64,000 bases of DNA from Patescibacteria group bacterium (GCA_040384805.1 JAZKIP010000009.1:1490-65489); one strand, 5' to 3'. Shown: positions 9,192 through 19,104, counted from the stretch's first letter. The notes: generated from the letters alone by a model not told the origin. Made by a program: numbers and translations.

Positions 9192-11306
9192 ATGAAGAAT
9201 TTATTTATATTTTCGATTCTCGGCTTGTTCTGTTTTTCATTTACATTTTTTTCACACACCGCCTTTGCGGCGACTGCGTCTCCGATTGCAACGGTAAATA
9301 TTCAAGACGCACAAATCGTTTCTCAAAACGGCAATGACCTTACTGTTTCCTTCACTCTAAGCAATCGTGAAGGAATGCAAACCGGCGTGAAGTACGGCAT
9401 CCAGCTTGTTTCCGAAACCAAGGCACAGAGGTCCATAGTAGATGAGAAAGTATATGATGAATCTCTGACGCTCAACGAGAACAGCAGTTTTAAGAAAGAA
9501 ATCACATACACTACGCCATCGTATCTAAATGGAGATTACTCTTTGTTTGTGACAAGCCGTAATGCGAGCGGGTTTCCGTTCGGGGTAGCTTTTGCAGGAA
9601 AAATCACCTTTTCCTCTTCCGTGAAAAGCTTTGATATCGTTGAGGATTCTTGTTATCTGAAGGTTGAGGGAGAGAAAAGCAATACTCGCTACGGTCTTCT
9701 TGAAGGAGTCGATATTTCACAGGAGGAAACTCTTCGGTTGACATGCAGCACTATGAACAACTCTCCTTCGGCGCTTTCATTGAGTCCTTCTTTTGAGACA
9801 CGATACCGCTCCTCATATGGAGAGATTGTCCCTGTGGCAGGAGGAGACACGATGCCTATTGCTTTTAAGGCCCTTAAGAAAGAAAATTTTTCCATACTTC
9901 TTCCAAAGGCAACTGCGCCTCAGCTCTATGACTTGAAAGTACTTCTTGCAAACGGACAAACTTTTTCGAATGCGGTTACTATTCGTTATTTTATCCGCGG
10001 GACAAGCGCGACGATACAAAATCTGACTTTGGATAAGGATTATTATACGGCAGGCGAAACGGCGTCACTTTCTCTTGTATGGACGCAATCGGGAAACACG
10101 TTCCTGCGAAATTCGACCACTGCTTTTACAAAGCCTCCCGTGGTTTTCCTCACAACAACTATTTCCGATTCTAAAGATAATGCATGCGTTGATCCTGCGA
10201 AACAAACTCTCGTTAGAAATCCTGCACAATCGAAGACAATCGTAACGATTCCTGTAACAGCACCATGCCGTGATCCGCATATAAATCTTGTTGTGGCTGA
10301 TGAATCGGGTACTATTCTTGATCAGAAAGAATTTTCTTTTACAACAAAGGACGAACCTATGGAACCGCAATCATCTCACAATGCTCGACTATGGCTGATT
10401 GTCGGCGTCGTTTTTCTTACCATAATCATCTTTATATATATGAAAAAGAGAAATAGCGCGAAAGATACAACAACTATTGTAAGAGCTGTGCTCCCTTTCT
10501 TCCTGTTTGCGGCAATGGGAGTGATGTTCTCATCGCATACCGCCTTTGCGGATACGTATGCCTCAGGCATTAATGGTGAAATTCTCTCAACGGTATCGAT
10601 AAATAACGGCTCACCATATGCTCCAGGGGATACCATCACTGTCACATCGTCGATAGTATCGAACGCGACTGTTCCAAGGCGCGTAAATCTCAAAGCAACA
10701 ACAATTGGCAATGCAACTCTCACCCTGATTCCGGATCAAGAAATTGGAGCGGGAGGCATGGTTCCGACTGTCTATGACGCTTTCGCCGCTCCCGGCGCGC
10801 CGTCTTCCCCGGGCTCGTATCTGGTGAGCTTTGTCACAGGTGTCGATGAAGTTGCACAGGGGATATATGTGAAAATTACATCGACAACAGCGGTTGGAGC
10901 AATACCGATGCGAACAAATGCGAATGGAGTTTGCCCTCAAGGTTATGGTATTGGTGACGGTAGCTACGGGGGAGACACATTTACGGGAGCGTGGCAGAAT
11001 TATGCTTATGAGCATGTGACAGAAACAGCTGATTTCTATAGTGACCCGGATGCCACTACCCCTCTTGATGTTGGCGGCTTAGGATTTAGACTGCTGCAGG
11101 GGAAAGTTTCAGATGAAGGAGGAATTTCTTCCGAAAGCCCGACTCCGATCGGAGGAGGGACATCGTATACGTATCAAGGAAGAAGCTTCGATGAAAGCTA
11201 TACGGATCAGTACGGATTTTCATCGTGCGACAAACAGCTCCATTATAGCGGCTATGTCACCTTAGATGGAACAAGCGCTCCGGTCCCTTATGTGCTCTTG
11301 CCATAA
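9192..11306 (+). CDS. large secreted/cell-surface protein; possible in-frame fusion of two tandem signal-peptide-bearing paralogs
   Basis: N-terminal signal peptide ...FFSHTAFA|ATASP. At about aa 400 there is a TM helix, then MKKRNSAKD followed by a second signal-peptide-like segment ending FSSHTAFA|DTYASG. Confidence 0.55.
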   Translation: MKNLFIFSILGLFCFSFTFFSHTAFAATASPIATVNIQDAQIVSQNGNDLTVSFTLSNREGMQTGVKYGIQLVSETKAQRSIVDEKVYDESLTLNENSSFKKEITYTTPSYLNGDYSLFVTSRNASGFPFGVAFAGKITFSSSVKSFDIVEDSCYLKVEGEKSNTRYGLLEGVDISQEETLRLTCSTMNNSPSALSLSPSFETRYRSSYGEIVPVAGGDTMPIAFKALKKENFSILLPKATAPQLYDLKVLLANGQTFSNAVTIRYFIRGTSATIQNLTLDKDYYTAGETASLSLVWTQSGNTFLRNSTTAFTKPPVVFLTTTISDSKDNACVDPAKQTLVRNPAQSKTIVTIPVTAPCRDPHINLVVADESGTILDQKEFSFTTKDEPMEPQSSHNARLWLIVGVVFLTIIIFIYMKKRNSAKDTTTIVRAVLPFFLFAAMGVMFSSHTAFADTYASGINGEILSTVSINNGSPYAPGDTITVTSSIVSNATVPRRVNLKATTIGNATLTLIPDQEIGAGGMVPTVYDAFAAPGAPSSPGSYLVSFVTGVDEVAQGIYVKITSTTAVGAIPMRTNANGVCPQGYGIGDGSYGGDTFTGAWQNYAYEHVTETADFYSDPDATTPLDVGGLGFRLLQGKVSDEGGISSESPTPIGGGTSYTYQGRSFDESYTDQYGFSSCDKQLHYSGYVTLDGTSAPVPYVLLP

Positions 11307-11366
11307 GGAGTGCGATGTCGCGCGCCGCATAATAATAGTCGCAATTAACAATTATCTTTTAAGAAT

Positions 11367-12662
11367 ATGAAAAAAAAGCTTCCTCTCAATCTTAAATATG
11401 TCAGTTTCATCTTTATTTTCGGACTTGCTTTCGGAGTGTCGCACTCGGCCTCCGCTGTATGGACGTACTATAATTATGAAATTCCTTACACTGTTGCGGT
11501 TACTCTTCCCAACATGGCTCCTGCGGTTGATGCAGGTCCGGATAAGACGATTACCCTTCCCGCATCTTCCGTGTCGATTACAGGCACGGCAATCGATTCG
11601 GATGGTACGATTGCAAGCACGCAATGGTTCCCGGGAGTGCGGGGACAGGTTCCTTATTCATTCTCGAGCCCTTCTTCTTTGACGACAACCGTAAGCGGAT
11701 TTACGTCCCCTGGCGTGTATGTGATTTATTTGAGTGCAACGGACAATCAGATGAATACGGGATCCGATACGATGCAGATAACAGTCGTCGCAGCTTCCGC
11801 TTCCGTAGATCTTGTTGCAGGCAGTGTCTCTCCGGATGCGGCGGCTCTCAATTCTCCGACCCATTTCTTTTCGACGATTACCAATATCGGCGGTACGGCA
11901 ACTCCGGCCGGGTTCTCTAGCTTCTTCCAAGTCGCAACGAGCGCGAATGGCACGGGCGCTGTTACTGATCTTGCCCCTTCGTCAATGAGAGCTCTCCCCT
12001 CAGGCGGGAATAGTACGATTACGTCCCCCTCATATACCTTTTCATCTGCCGGCACATACTCTGTCCGGGCGTGCGCAGATAAAAGTTCATCATCCAATAA
12101 CGGAGTTATTGCCGAGTCGCATGAAGACAATAATTGCAGCCAATGGACGAATGTCACAGTCGCTTCTCTCGTAGCACCCGTTAATGGAGTATGCGGTGAG
12201 AGCCACTACTACTGCACATTCGGCGCGAGCGCGAATAATTCGCAAGAGTCTTCATCGTGGACATGGATGTGTATCGGCTCAAATGGCGGATCCAATAGTT
12301 CATGTTTAGAAATGAATCCTCCCGGAGAGGTGGAACCTGGAGAACCTGAACAGCCAGGAGAACCGGGACAACCAGGAGAGCCCGGACAACCGGGAGAACC
12401 TGGCGATCCCGGGCAACCTGAACAGCCTGGAGAGCCTGAGCAACCCGGAGAACCAACCGGTCCGGGATCGGGGGGAGGAGGTACCACCGGGCCGGGTACG
12501 ACGACATATCAATGCAGTGACGGCAAGGACAATGATAATGATGGAAAGATCGATTACAAAGGAGAGCGTACTGCAAGTCCGGCAGGCGCGGGCGATCCGG
12601 GCTGTGCGAGCGGTCAAGACAATGATGAAAGGAATCTCACTCCTATATATATAGAAAATTAA
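11367..12662 (+). CDS. secreted protein with PKD-like domain, collagen-like PGEPGQ repeat and C-terminal MopE-like Cys/Asp-rich metal-binding motifs
   Basis: Signal peptide; VDAGPDKTITLPASSVSITGTAIDSDGTIASTQW (PKD signature); (P)GEPGQPGEPGQPGEPGD repeat at nt 12333..12440; CSDGKDNDNDGKIDY ... GCASGQDNDE. Confidence 0.6.
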   Translation: MKKKLPLNLKYVSFIFIFGLAFGVSHSASAVWTYYNYEIPYTVAVTLPNMAPAVDAGPDKTITLPASSVSITGTAIDSDGTIASTQWFPGVRGQVPYSFSSPSSLTTTVSGFTSPGVYVIYLSATDNQMNTGSDTMQITVVAASASVDLVAGSVSPDAAALNSPTHFFSTITNIGGTATPAGFSSFFQVATSANGTGAVTDLAPSSMRALPSGGNSTITSPSYTFSSAGTYSVRACADKSSSSNNGVIAESHEDNNCSQWTNVTVASLVAPVNGVCGESHYYCTFGASANNSQESSSWTWMCIGSNGGSNSSCLEMNPPGEVEPGEPEQPGEPGQPGEPGQPGEPGDPGQPEQPGEPEQPGEPTGPGSGGGGTTGPGTTTYQCSDGKDNDNDGKIDYKGERTASPAGAGDPGCASGQDNDERNLTPIYIEN

Positions 12663-12663
12663 G

Positions 12664-12713
12664 CAAACACAAACAAAAAAGACGGGTAAGCCCGTCTTTT
12701 TTGTTTGTGTTTG
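12664..12713. terminator. 50-bp perfect palindrome (CAAACACAAACAAAAAAGACGGG-TAA-GCCCGTCTTTTTTGTTTGTGTTTG), bidirectional terminator
   Basis: Perfect 23-bp arms verified by hand; the right end overlaps the -35 of the tuf promoter. Confidence 0.75.
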
Positions 12714-12738
12714 ACAATCTTTTTTAATTTGCTAGTAT
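12711..12738 (+). promoter_or_regulatory. sigma70-type promoter TTGACA-N16-TGcTAGTAT (tuf operon)
   Basis: Consensus -35 plus extended -10. A 32-bp block (12710..12741) is repeated exactly at 21068..21099. Confidence 0.7.
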
Positions 12739-12761
12739 GGAGGTCTATCGCAATATTTGCG

Positions 12762-12780
12762 TTCCGACTAGCGGTCGGAA
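12762..12780 (+). other. leader hairpin TTCCGAC-TAGCG-GTCGGAA in the tuf 5' UTR (CCGAC..GTCGG family)
   Basis: 7-bp perfect stem seen directly. Confidence 0.5.
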
Positions 12781-12864
12781 TTATTTATTAATAATTTATG
12801 TTGGTGTTAGTAATAGAACGGGGTTTCTCGTACGGTCTGTTATTAAAATCAACCAATAATTCAT

Positions 12865-14064
12865 ATGGCAGAAGAATTTAACAGAGACAAGCCACACGTC
12901 AATGTGGGTACGATCGGTCACGTCGACCATGGTAAAACCACGTTAACTGCGGCTATTTTGCAGGTCCTTTCCCGACAGGGAGGCGGATATGGAGCGAAAA
13001 TCAAGGGTGTCGACCAGATCGACTCAGCTCCTGAAGAAAAGGCTCGTGGTATTACGATCGCCCTTTCTCACAACGAGTACTGGACTCCAGCTCGTCACTA
13101 CGCTCACATTGATGCTCCGGGACACGCTGACTACATCAAGAACATGATCACGGGTGCCGCTCAGATGGACGGTGCTATCATTGTCGTTGCCGCAACTGAC
13201 GGCGTTATGCCTCAGACACGCGAGCACATCCTCCTTGCAAAGCAGGTTGGTGTTCCAAAGATCATCGTATTCCTCAACAAGTGCGACATGGTTGATGATC
13301 CTGATATGCTTGACCTCGTCGAAGAAGAAGTCCGTGAACTCCTTACAAAGCAGGGATTTGATGGCGCTAACTCTCCGGTTATCCGCGGTTCAGGCCTTAA
13401 AGCCCTTGAATCTGCTGATAACAACGACGAATGGGCGAAGAAGGTCCTTGATCTTGCGAATGCTCTTGATACATATATTCCAACACCGGAACGTGATGTG
13501 ACAAAGCCATTCCTTATGCCGATCGAAGATATCTTCTCAATTGAAGGACGCGGTACAGTTGTTACAGGTAAGATCGAACGCGGTATTGTCAAAGTCGGTG
13601 AAGAAGTTGAAATCGTCGGTATCAAGGATACAGCAAAGACGACTGTTACGGGTATTGAAATGTTCAACAAGAACCTCAAGGAAGGTATGGCTGGCGACAA
13701 TGCTGGTATCCTTATCCGCGGTATCAAGAAGGAAGACATCACTCGCGGTCAGGTTCTCTGCAAGCCGGGTACTGTAACTCCACATGCTGAATTTGAATGT
13801 GAGGTATACATCCTCAAGAAGGAAGAAGGCGGCCGACACACTCCATTCTTTACAGGTTACAAGCCTCAGTTCTACATCCGTACGACTGACGTAACGGGAG
13901 AATCAACGCTTCCAAGCGGAGTTGAAATGGTTATGCCGGGAGATACAGTCAAGCTCACAGTCAAGCTCGTTACTCCCGTCGCTCTTGAAGAGCAACAGCA
14001 CTTCGCGATCCGCGAAGGAGGCAAGACAGTCGGAGCAGGAGTCGTTACGAAGATAATCAAATAG
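12865..14064 (+). CDS. tuf: elongation factor Tu
   Basis: [22 protein letters not shown] and full-length EF-Tu similarity. Confidence 0.97.
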   Translation: MAEEFNRDKPHVNVGTIGHVDHGKTTLTAAILQVLSRQGGGYGAKIKGVDQIDSAPEEKARGITIALSHNEYWTPARHYAHIDAPGHADYIKNMITGAAQMDGAIIVVAATDGVMPQTREHILLAKQVGVPKIIVFLNKCDMVDDPDMLDLVEEEVRELLTKQGFDGANSPVIRGSGLKALESADNNDEWAKKVLDLANALDTYIPTPERDVTKPFLMPIEDIFSIEGRGTVVTGKIERGIVKVGEEVEIVGIKDTAKTTVTGIEMFNKNLKEGMAGDNAGILIRGIKKEDITRGQVLCKPGTVTPHAEFECEVYILKKEEGGRHTPFFTGYKPQFYIRTTDVTGESTLPSGVEMVMPGDTVKLTVKLVTPVALEEQQHFAIREGGKTVGAGVVTKIIK

Positions 14065-14120
14065 CGAACAGCGGAATAGATGAAAGCGTCTTTCGCTTCG
14101 TCGCCCCTGATCCCTACCAT

Positions 14121-14489
14121 ATGGCAACAACAGAATTAAAACCTAAAAAGAAGACGGTCAAGAAAGGAAAAGAAGACGGGACTCAGGTCCAGCTTCGTAT
14201 CCGTGTCCGAGCCTACGAGAACAAGATCCTTGACGCATCCGTCAAGCAGATCATTGATACGGCTCTTCGCTATGATGCGACGATTGTGGGACCGATCCCG
14301 CTTCCAACCGAGATCAAGAAATACACGGTAAACCGCGCATCCTTCGTTTTCAAGAATGCCCGCGAACAATTCGAGATCAGAATCCACAAGCGCGTCATCG
14401 ATATCCTCAATCCGAATCCGAAAACGATCGAAGCGCTGACAAATCTTTCACTCCCTTCGGGTGTGGATATCGACGTGAAGATGATGTAA
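14121..14489 (+). CDS. rpsJ: 30S ribosomal protein S10 (with a roughly 22-aa N-terminal extension)
   Basis: QLRIRVRAYENKILDAS... matches the S10 core. Confidence 0.9.
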   Translation: MATTELKPKKKTVKKGKEDGTQVQLRIRVRAYENKILDASVKQIIDTALRYDATIVGPIPLPTEIKKYTVNRASFVFKNAREQFEIRIHKRVIDILNPNPKTIEALTNLSLPSGVDIDVKMM

Positions 14490-14529
14490 GTGAAAATAAC
14501 GAGCAAGCAGGGAGATTATTTTCCTTATA

Positions 14530-14543
14530 CCGACCCGGGTCGG
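14530..14543 (+). other. perfect palindrome CCGACCCGGGTCGG in the rpsJ-rplC spacer
   Basis: Seen directly; member of the CCGAC..GTCGG family. Confidence 0.5.
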
Positions 14544-14588
14544 GATGCAGATTTTAAAAATCTCACTACGTTCAATTAAAAAATCAAC

Positions 14589-15224
14589 ATGAAATTTATT
14601 CTTGGTAAAAAACAGCATATGATGCAGTGCTTTGATGATAATGGCACGGTGATCCCAACGACTGTCATACAGGCGGGTCCCCTTGTCGTTACTCAAGTCA
14701 AAACTCCTGATACTGACGGCTACACCGCAGTGCAGGTTGCATACGACGAGCAGAAGGAATCGCGCGCGACAAAAGCGCATCTTGGCCATGTTCTGCCATC
14801 GAAGCAGGAAGGCAAAGAAGGCGCATCGACAATCGGAGCTTTCAAGCATCTGCGCGAATTCCGTGATATCGAGGAAATAACAGTCGGCGACCGCATCACC
14901 GTTTCGGCTTTTGCCAAGGGCGATATTGTCACTGTATCGGGCCTTTCAAAAGGAAAGGGATTCCAAGGTGTCGTGAAGCGTCATGGATTCCATGGTGGTC
15001 CGCGATCTCATGGACAGAAGCACTCTGAACGCGAGCCCGGATCAATCGGCGGCGGTCTTCGCAACAAGGTTCCAAAAGGGATGCGCATGGCAGGACGCAC
15101 AGGCGGCGATCGCATTACGATCAAGAATCTTGAGATCATCGGCGTTGATGTGGAGAACAATCAATTACTCGTTAAAGGCGCAATCCCTGGTCGCCGAGGT
15201 ACTTTAGTTGAAATAATCGGCTAA
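14589..15224 (+). CDS. rplC: 50S ribosomal protein L3
   Basis: GKGFQGVVKRHGFHGGPRSHG... L3 signature. Confidence 0.93.
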   Translation: MKFILGKKQHMMQCFDDNGTVIPTTVIQAGPLVVTQVKTPDTDGYTAVQVAYDEQKESRATKAHLGHVLPSKQEGKEGASTIGAFKHLREFRDIEEITVGDRITVSAFAKGDIVTVSGLSKGKGFQGVVKRHGFHGGPRSHGQKHSEREPGSIGGGLRNKVPKGMRMAGRTGGDRITIKNLEIIGVDVENNQLLVKGAIPGRRGTLVEIIG

Positions 15225-15227
15225 TAT

Positions 15228-15902
15228 ATGGAAACACAGATATACAATCAAAAAGGAAAGTCTGTCGGGAAGCTTGATCTTCCAAAGGAGATATTCGATC
15301 TTCCGTGGAATGCCGACCTTGTTCACCAGGTCGTGACAGCGATGCAGGCTAATGCCCGTACGCCTGTTGCTCACTCCCGTACGCGAGCGGAAGTCTCCGG
15401 AGGAGGACGCAAGCCATGGAAACAGAAAGGCACGGGACGCGCTCGTCACGGTTCATCACGTTCTCCGATCTGGAAAGGCGGCGGCGTGACTCACGGTCCG
15501 CGCAATGATAAGATCTATACGCAGAAAATAAACAAGAAGATGAGAGTCAAAGCGCTCTTTACTGTTTTATCCGAGAAGCTCCGGAAGGGTCAGGTTCTCT
15601 TTGTCGAGGAATTGTCACTCAAGAACATCAAGACCAAAGACGCGGTTGCAGTCATGAAGGATCTAAGCGTCGTGAAGGGATTTGAGAAAATCGTCGGCGG
15701 AAAGAAGCCCAATACATACATAACCGTTCCGGCTAAAAGCGATGTCCTAAAAAAGAGCTTTGCCAATATCCCGACGCTTGAAATCGACGAGGTTCGCAAT
15801 ATGAATCCGGTTGATCTTCTGTCATATCGATACGTTATTATTTCACAGCCTCAGGAAAGCATCGCATTCTTGGGCGGCAAGATAGAAAAGCCCCGATCAT
15901 AA
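15228..15902 (+). CDS. rplD: 50S ribosomal protein L4
   Basis: SGGGRKPWKQKGTGRARHGS... L4 signature. Confidence 0.93.
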   Translation: METQIYNQKGKSVGKLDLPKEIFDLPWNADLVHQVVTAMQANARTPVAHSRTRAEVSGGGRKPWKQKGTGRARHGSSRSPIWKGGGVTHGPRNDKIYTQKINKKMRVKALFTVLSEKLRKGQVLFVEELSLKNIKTKDAVAVMKDLSVVKGFEKIVGGKKPNTYITVPAKSDVLKKSFANIPTLEIDEVRNMNPVDLLSYRYVIISQPQESIAFLGGKIEKPRS

Positions 15903-15908
15903 TCGGGG

Positions 15909-15927
15909 TCCCGACGCGAGGTCGGGA
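15909..15927 (+). other. hairpin TCCCGAC-GCGAG-GTCGGGA in the rplD-rplW spacer
   Basis: Seen directly; CCGAC..GTCGG family. Confidence 0.5.
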
Positions 15928-15944
15928 TAAAATTAAGAATTTAT

Positions 15945-16286
15945 ATGGCAACGACAAAAGAAAAAAAGAATACAAAAGAGAAAAAAGAAGCTGCTGTTGT
16001 CGCCAAGAAAGGCGCATCGCATCCTCTTATTCTCGGTCCCCGCATAACTGAAAAGGGAGCAATCGGAGCGGAAAAAGGCATCTATACTTTTAACGTGAAA
16101 GAAAACGCGAACAAAAACGAGATCAAGAAAGCGATCACTATGCTCTACGGCGTGACTCCCGTCCGAATTTCGATCACGCAAGTGACAGACAAAGTTGTCT
16201 TTCGCGGCGGCGCATGGGGCACGAAGCACGGCGGCAAAAAGGCAGTCGTTCACTTGAAGAAAGGAGATAAAATAACATTTGCATAA
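15945..16286 (+). CDS. rplW: 50S ribosomal protein L23
   Basis: Lys-rich N-terminus followed by the L23 core (KGIYTFNVKENANKNEIKKAI...). Confidence 0.88.
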   Translation: MATTKEKKNTKEKKEAAVVAKKGASHPLILGPRITEKGAIGAEKGIYTFNVKENANKNEIKKAITMLYGVTPVRISITQVTDKVVFRGGAWGTKHGGKKAVVHLKKGDKITFA

Positions 16287-16293
16287 TACCTGT

Positions 16294-16317
16294 CCCGTTA
16301 GAAAATTAACTAACGGG
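16294..16317 (+). other. hairpin CCCGTTAG-AAAATTAA-CTAACGGG in the rplW-rplB spacer
   Basis: 8-bp perfect stem; the CCCGTTAG motif recurs elsewhere in the window. Confidence 0.5.
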
Positions 16318-16357
16318 GAAGAAAAATAAAACTTTAGTAATTAAATTTTTTAATGGG

Positions 16358-17209
16358 ATGAAGAGCTATAAACCAACAACACCATCGAAGCGCCATCAGA
16401 CAACGGTCTCATACCGCAACGTTTTGACGACCGACAAGCCGACAAAGTCTCTGACTCACGGTTTCAAGCGCGCGGTTGGCCGTAACAATCACGGCCGCAT
16501 CACGACGAGGCACAAGGGAGGCGGTCACAAGCGCCTGTATCGCGACGTTGACTTCATGTACAACAAACGCGATATTCCTGCGAAGATCTCAACGATTGAA
16601 TACGATCCGAACCGCAACGCATTCATCGGCCTTGCAGTCTATGCTGACGGCGAGAAGCGCTATGTCGTTGTTCCAAAATCAGTCAAAGTCGGCGATGCAT
16701 TCATGGTCGGCGAAAAGGCGCCGCTTACAACAGGCAACCGCCTCCCGCTCCGCCTTATTCCTGTCGGAACTTTTGTATACAATATCGAGATCAAGCCGGG
16801 CAACGGCGGAAAGCTCGCTCGAAGCGCGGGAACATTCGGTCAAGTCGTGGCAAACGACCTTGGATACACCAATATCAAGATGCCATCGACAGAAGTCCGC
16901 AAAGTGTCTGAGAACTGCTGGGCATGTATCGGCGAAGTCTCAAACTCCGAATTTCATCTTCAGAATTTCGGCAAGGCTGGCCGGTCACGCTGGAAGGGAA
17001 TCCGTCCGACAGTCCGCGGCTCTGCCATGAATCCGGTTGACCACCCATACGGAGGAGGCGAAGGCGCTCAGGGACGAGGCCTGCGACGCGCAAAGACAAT
17101 GTGGGGCAAGCCATCCGGCAAGGGACAGAAGACACGCACTCCGAAGAAATACTCGAACATGTGGGTTGTATCCCGCCGACGGGTTGGCAAGGCTAAAAAG
17201 ACTAAATAA
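16358..17209 (+). CDS. rplB: 50S ribosomal protein L2
   Basis: Full-length L2 similarity (GRNNHGRITTRHKGGGHKR...). Confidence 0.95.
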   Translation: MKSYKPTTPSKRHQTTVSYRNVLTTDKPTKSLTHGFKRAVGRNNHGRITTRHKGGGHKRLYRDVDFMYNKRDIPAKISTIEYDPNRNAFIGLAVYADGEKRYVVVPKSVKVGDAFMVGEKAPLTTGNRLPLRLIPVGTFVYNIEIKPGNGGKLARSAGTFGQVVANDLGYTNIKMPSTEVRKVSENCWACIGEVSNSEFHLQNFGKAGRSRWKGIRPTVRGSAMNPVDHPYGGGEGAQGRGLRRAKTMWGKPSGKGQKTRTPKKYSNMWVVSRRRVGKAKKTK

Positions 17210-17210
17210 C

Positions 17211-17249
17211 TTACAACAAAAAATACCCGTACGGGTATTTTTTGTTGTA
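17211..17249. terminator. 39-bp palindromic terminator ACAACAAAAAATACCCGTA|CGGGTATTTTTTGTTGT
   Basis: Perfect inverted repeat ending the tuf-rplB transcription unit. Confidence 0.75.
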
Positions 17250-17260
17250 TACTTGAATAT

Positions 17261-17650
17261 ATGAAAAAAATGACAGAACAAAAACGCTTTTCCCTGATCT
17301 CCCGCATCAAAAGCGCCAATAACGCATGGCGCGGCGTTCTGATTTTCATGCGGAGTACTCACAACGCATGGCTTCAGATATTCTTCGGTTTATTAGCTGT
17401 CTATCTTGGCTTTCTCCTGCATATCTCAAGCGTTGAATGGGTGCTCATCATATTCTGCATCGGATTCGTCATCTTGGCAGAAACTATCAATACGGCGATC
17501 GAGATCGATATTGATCTGACAAGTCCTACATATCATCCCTATGCGCGTGATACAAAGGATGTCGCCGCCGGAGCGGTATTGATCGTTGTTTTTATGGCTT
17601 CTCTCGTTGGTCTTATAATTTTTCTTCCAAAGATACTAGCTCTCCTGTAG
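17261..17650 (+). CDS. dgkA: diacylglycerol kinase / undecaprenol kinase family (DgkA)
   Basis: Three TM segments and the ETINTAIEIDIDLTSPTYHPYARDTKDVAAGAVL segment resemble DgkA. Confidence 0.65.
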   Translation: MKKMTEQKRFSLISRIKSANNAWRGVLIFMRSTHNAWLQIFFGLLAVYLGFLLHISSVEWVLIIFCIGFVILAETINTAIEIDIDLTSPTYHPYARDTKDVAAGAVLIVVFMASLVGLIIFLPKILALL

Positions 17651-17879
17651 AGGGGTTTTTGCAATACGGGGTATTCTTGCCCCAGGTGACCCTGTTCCAT
17701 GCGCGCTCGTGAATGAAATAAACGGCAAGACTGATTGAATTTGAAAGAATGACGATGATTGTCGACTTTTCAAGATCCTTCGTTACGAGATAGGCGACAC
17801 TGTAATCGATGCAGATGCTGATAAGCCGGTAGGCGATTGCCTTGGCAAGCGAGCGGTATCGTTTGTCTTTGTGGTGCAT
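17613..17879 (-). CDS. DUF2061-like small membrane protein
   Basis: RSLAKAIAYRLIS ... YFIHERAWNRVTWG resembles the DUF2061 consensus. Convergent with dgkA, overlapping it by 38 nt. Confidence 0.45.
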   Translation of the reverse strand: MHHKDKRYRSLAKAIAYRLISICIDYSVAYLVTKDLEKSTIIVILSNSISLAVYFIHERAWNRVTWGKNTPYCKNPSTGELVSLEEKL

Positions 17880-17985
17880 AGACGCATCATACTATAACTT
17901 ACATTCTTTCGCATCAGTTTATATAAAATAAAACGCTTTGTATTCCAATGAATGCAAAGCGTTTAGTATTTTCCAATTTCTTGTC

Positions 17986-18909
17986 TTAAGCCATACCCGT
18001 GATTCTATTGTATTCAAAGAGGTTATCTGTAATAATCTCTTTCCAATCATCCGGAGCAGGCTGCTTCTCACCCCACGGATGAGTTAATCCGCTGGACAAA
18101 TTCAGTCGTGCAAGGTTGACATCATACCCGGCGTTCTTCAAAGCCTCGTACACTTCTTTGGCGTCGCCGCCTTGTCCGCCAACTGACTTTTTGCCGATAC
18201 CGGGTATCAAAAGAGGTATCTCGACCCCTCCTTGGGTATAATCATAAGCAATTTGTTCAAGCTGTGTGAGCCATGTAGCTCCTACGACGGCACCGAGTCC
18301 GATATGATTTTTGGCGTTCTTTCTTATCCAGTCTGCTACACGCATGTAAACTAGGCTGCCATCTGTAGTCCCCAGCATTTCAAAATCATTCTTCCCTTCA
18401 TTTGAAGTCAGGTTTAAGACATAGACACCGCGATTTTCTGATGCTTTATCTGGTACATTGCAAAAGGGCAGCATTGAATCGCTTCCCATATATGGGGGAA
18501 TCGTTACCGCATCTGCATCCCAGAATTCAAAACCCTCAAGCATGTAATTTTCTGAAGATTTCAGAATATCTGCTTTCTTAAAATCCAAAATTGTAATCAT
18601 ACCCGGGAAATAAAGTTCGATGAGATCAAAGATCTTCGCAAGCACTATTAATCCTTCAAAATTCAAGTCTTTGGCTTTTCCGTGTTTTGAATAAAATCCC
18701 AGATTTGGCTTGAATGCCCCAGGAGCTACTTTTTGACTTGCCATGTAATCAAAAAGTTCTTCAAGCATGTCATAGAATCCTTTGATTCCACCTGAAATGA
18801 ATTTTTTGTGAAGAGTTGAAATTACAGGGTCGAGACCAAAGCAGATGATGCTTTTGTAGATCTGAGTAGTAATTTTAAGCAACTCGAGATAATTCATAGA
18901 TCTTTTCAT
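17986..18909 (-). CDS. pyrF: orotidine 5'-phosphate decarboxylase, type 2 (long form)
   Basis: CFGLDP, FKPNLGFY and Lys/Asp catalytic context typical of long-type OMP decarboxylase. Confidence 0.8.
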   Translation of the reverse strand: MKRSMNYLELLKITTQIYKSIICFGLDPVISTLHKKFISGGIKGFYDMLEELFDYMASQKVAPGAFKPNLGFYSKHGKAKDLNFEGLIVLAKIFDLIELYFPGMITILDFKKADILKSSENYMLEGFEFWDADAVTIPPYMGSDSMLPFCNVPDKASENRGVYVLNLTSNEGKNDFEMLGTTDGSLVYMRVADWIRKNAKNHIGLGAVVGATWLTQLEQIAYDYTQGGVEIPLLIPGIGKKSVGGQGGDAKEVYEALKNAGYDVNLARLNLSSGLTHPWGEKQPAPDDWKEIITDNLFEYNRITGMA

Positions 18910-19104
18910 TGTAAAGAGTTTAAGTGATGAATATTGTTTTTGTAAGAGAATTTTCCCTCATACTACAGCACCTTATGTTTTTGTCAAACTACGAAGGATT
19001 GCCTGTATTAGTGATGTTATTAAAATAACTAATATTTTCTTAGAAATTAAAAATGGAACAAAAAAACAGGACGAAATCGTTCCTGCTTTTTTATTTTTGC
19101 AAAA

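Noticed and set aside
12181-12617. Antisense ORFs encoding GSPG/CSGSPG repeats
   Set aside because: They are the complementary reading of the sense-strand PGEPGQ tandem repeat in the 11367..12662 gene.
13024-13839. Several antisense or alternative-frame ORFs inside tuf (e.g. 13212..13742 -, 13154..13501 +)
   Set aside because: Shadow ORFs of a highly conserved EF-Tu gene. Similar spurious ORFs inside rplB, rpsC, secY, purL, ftsH (e.g. 16476..17030, 60369..61490 -) were discarded likewise.
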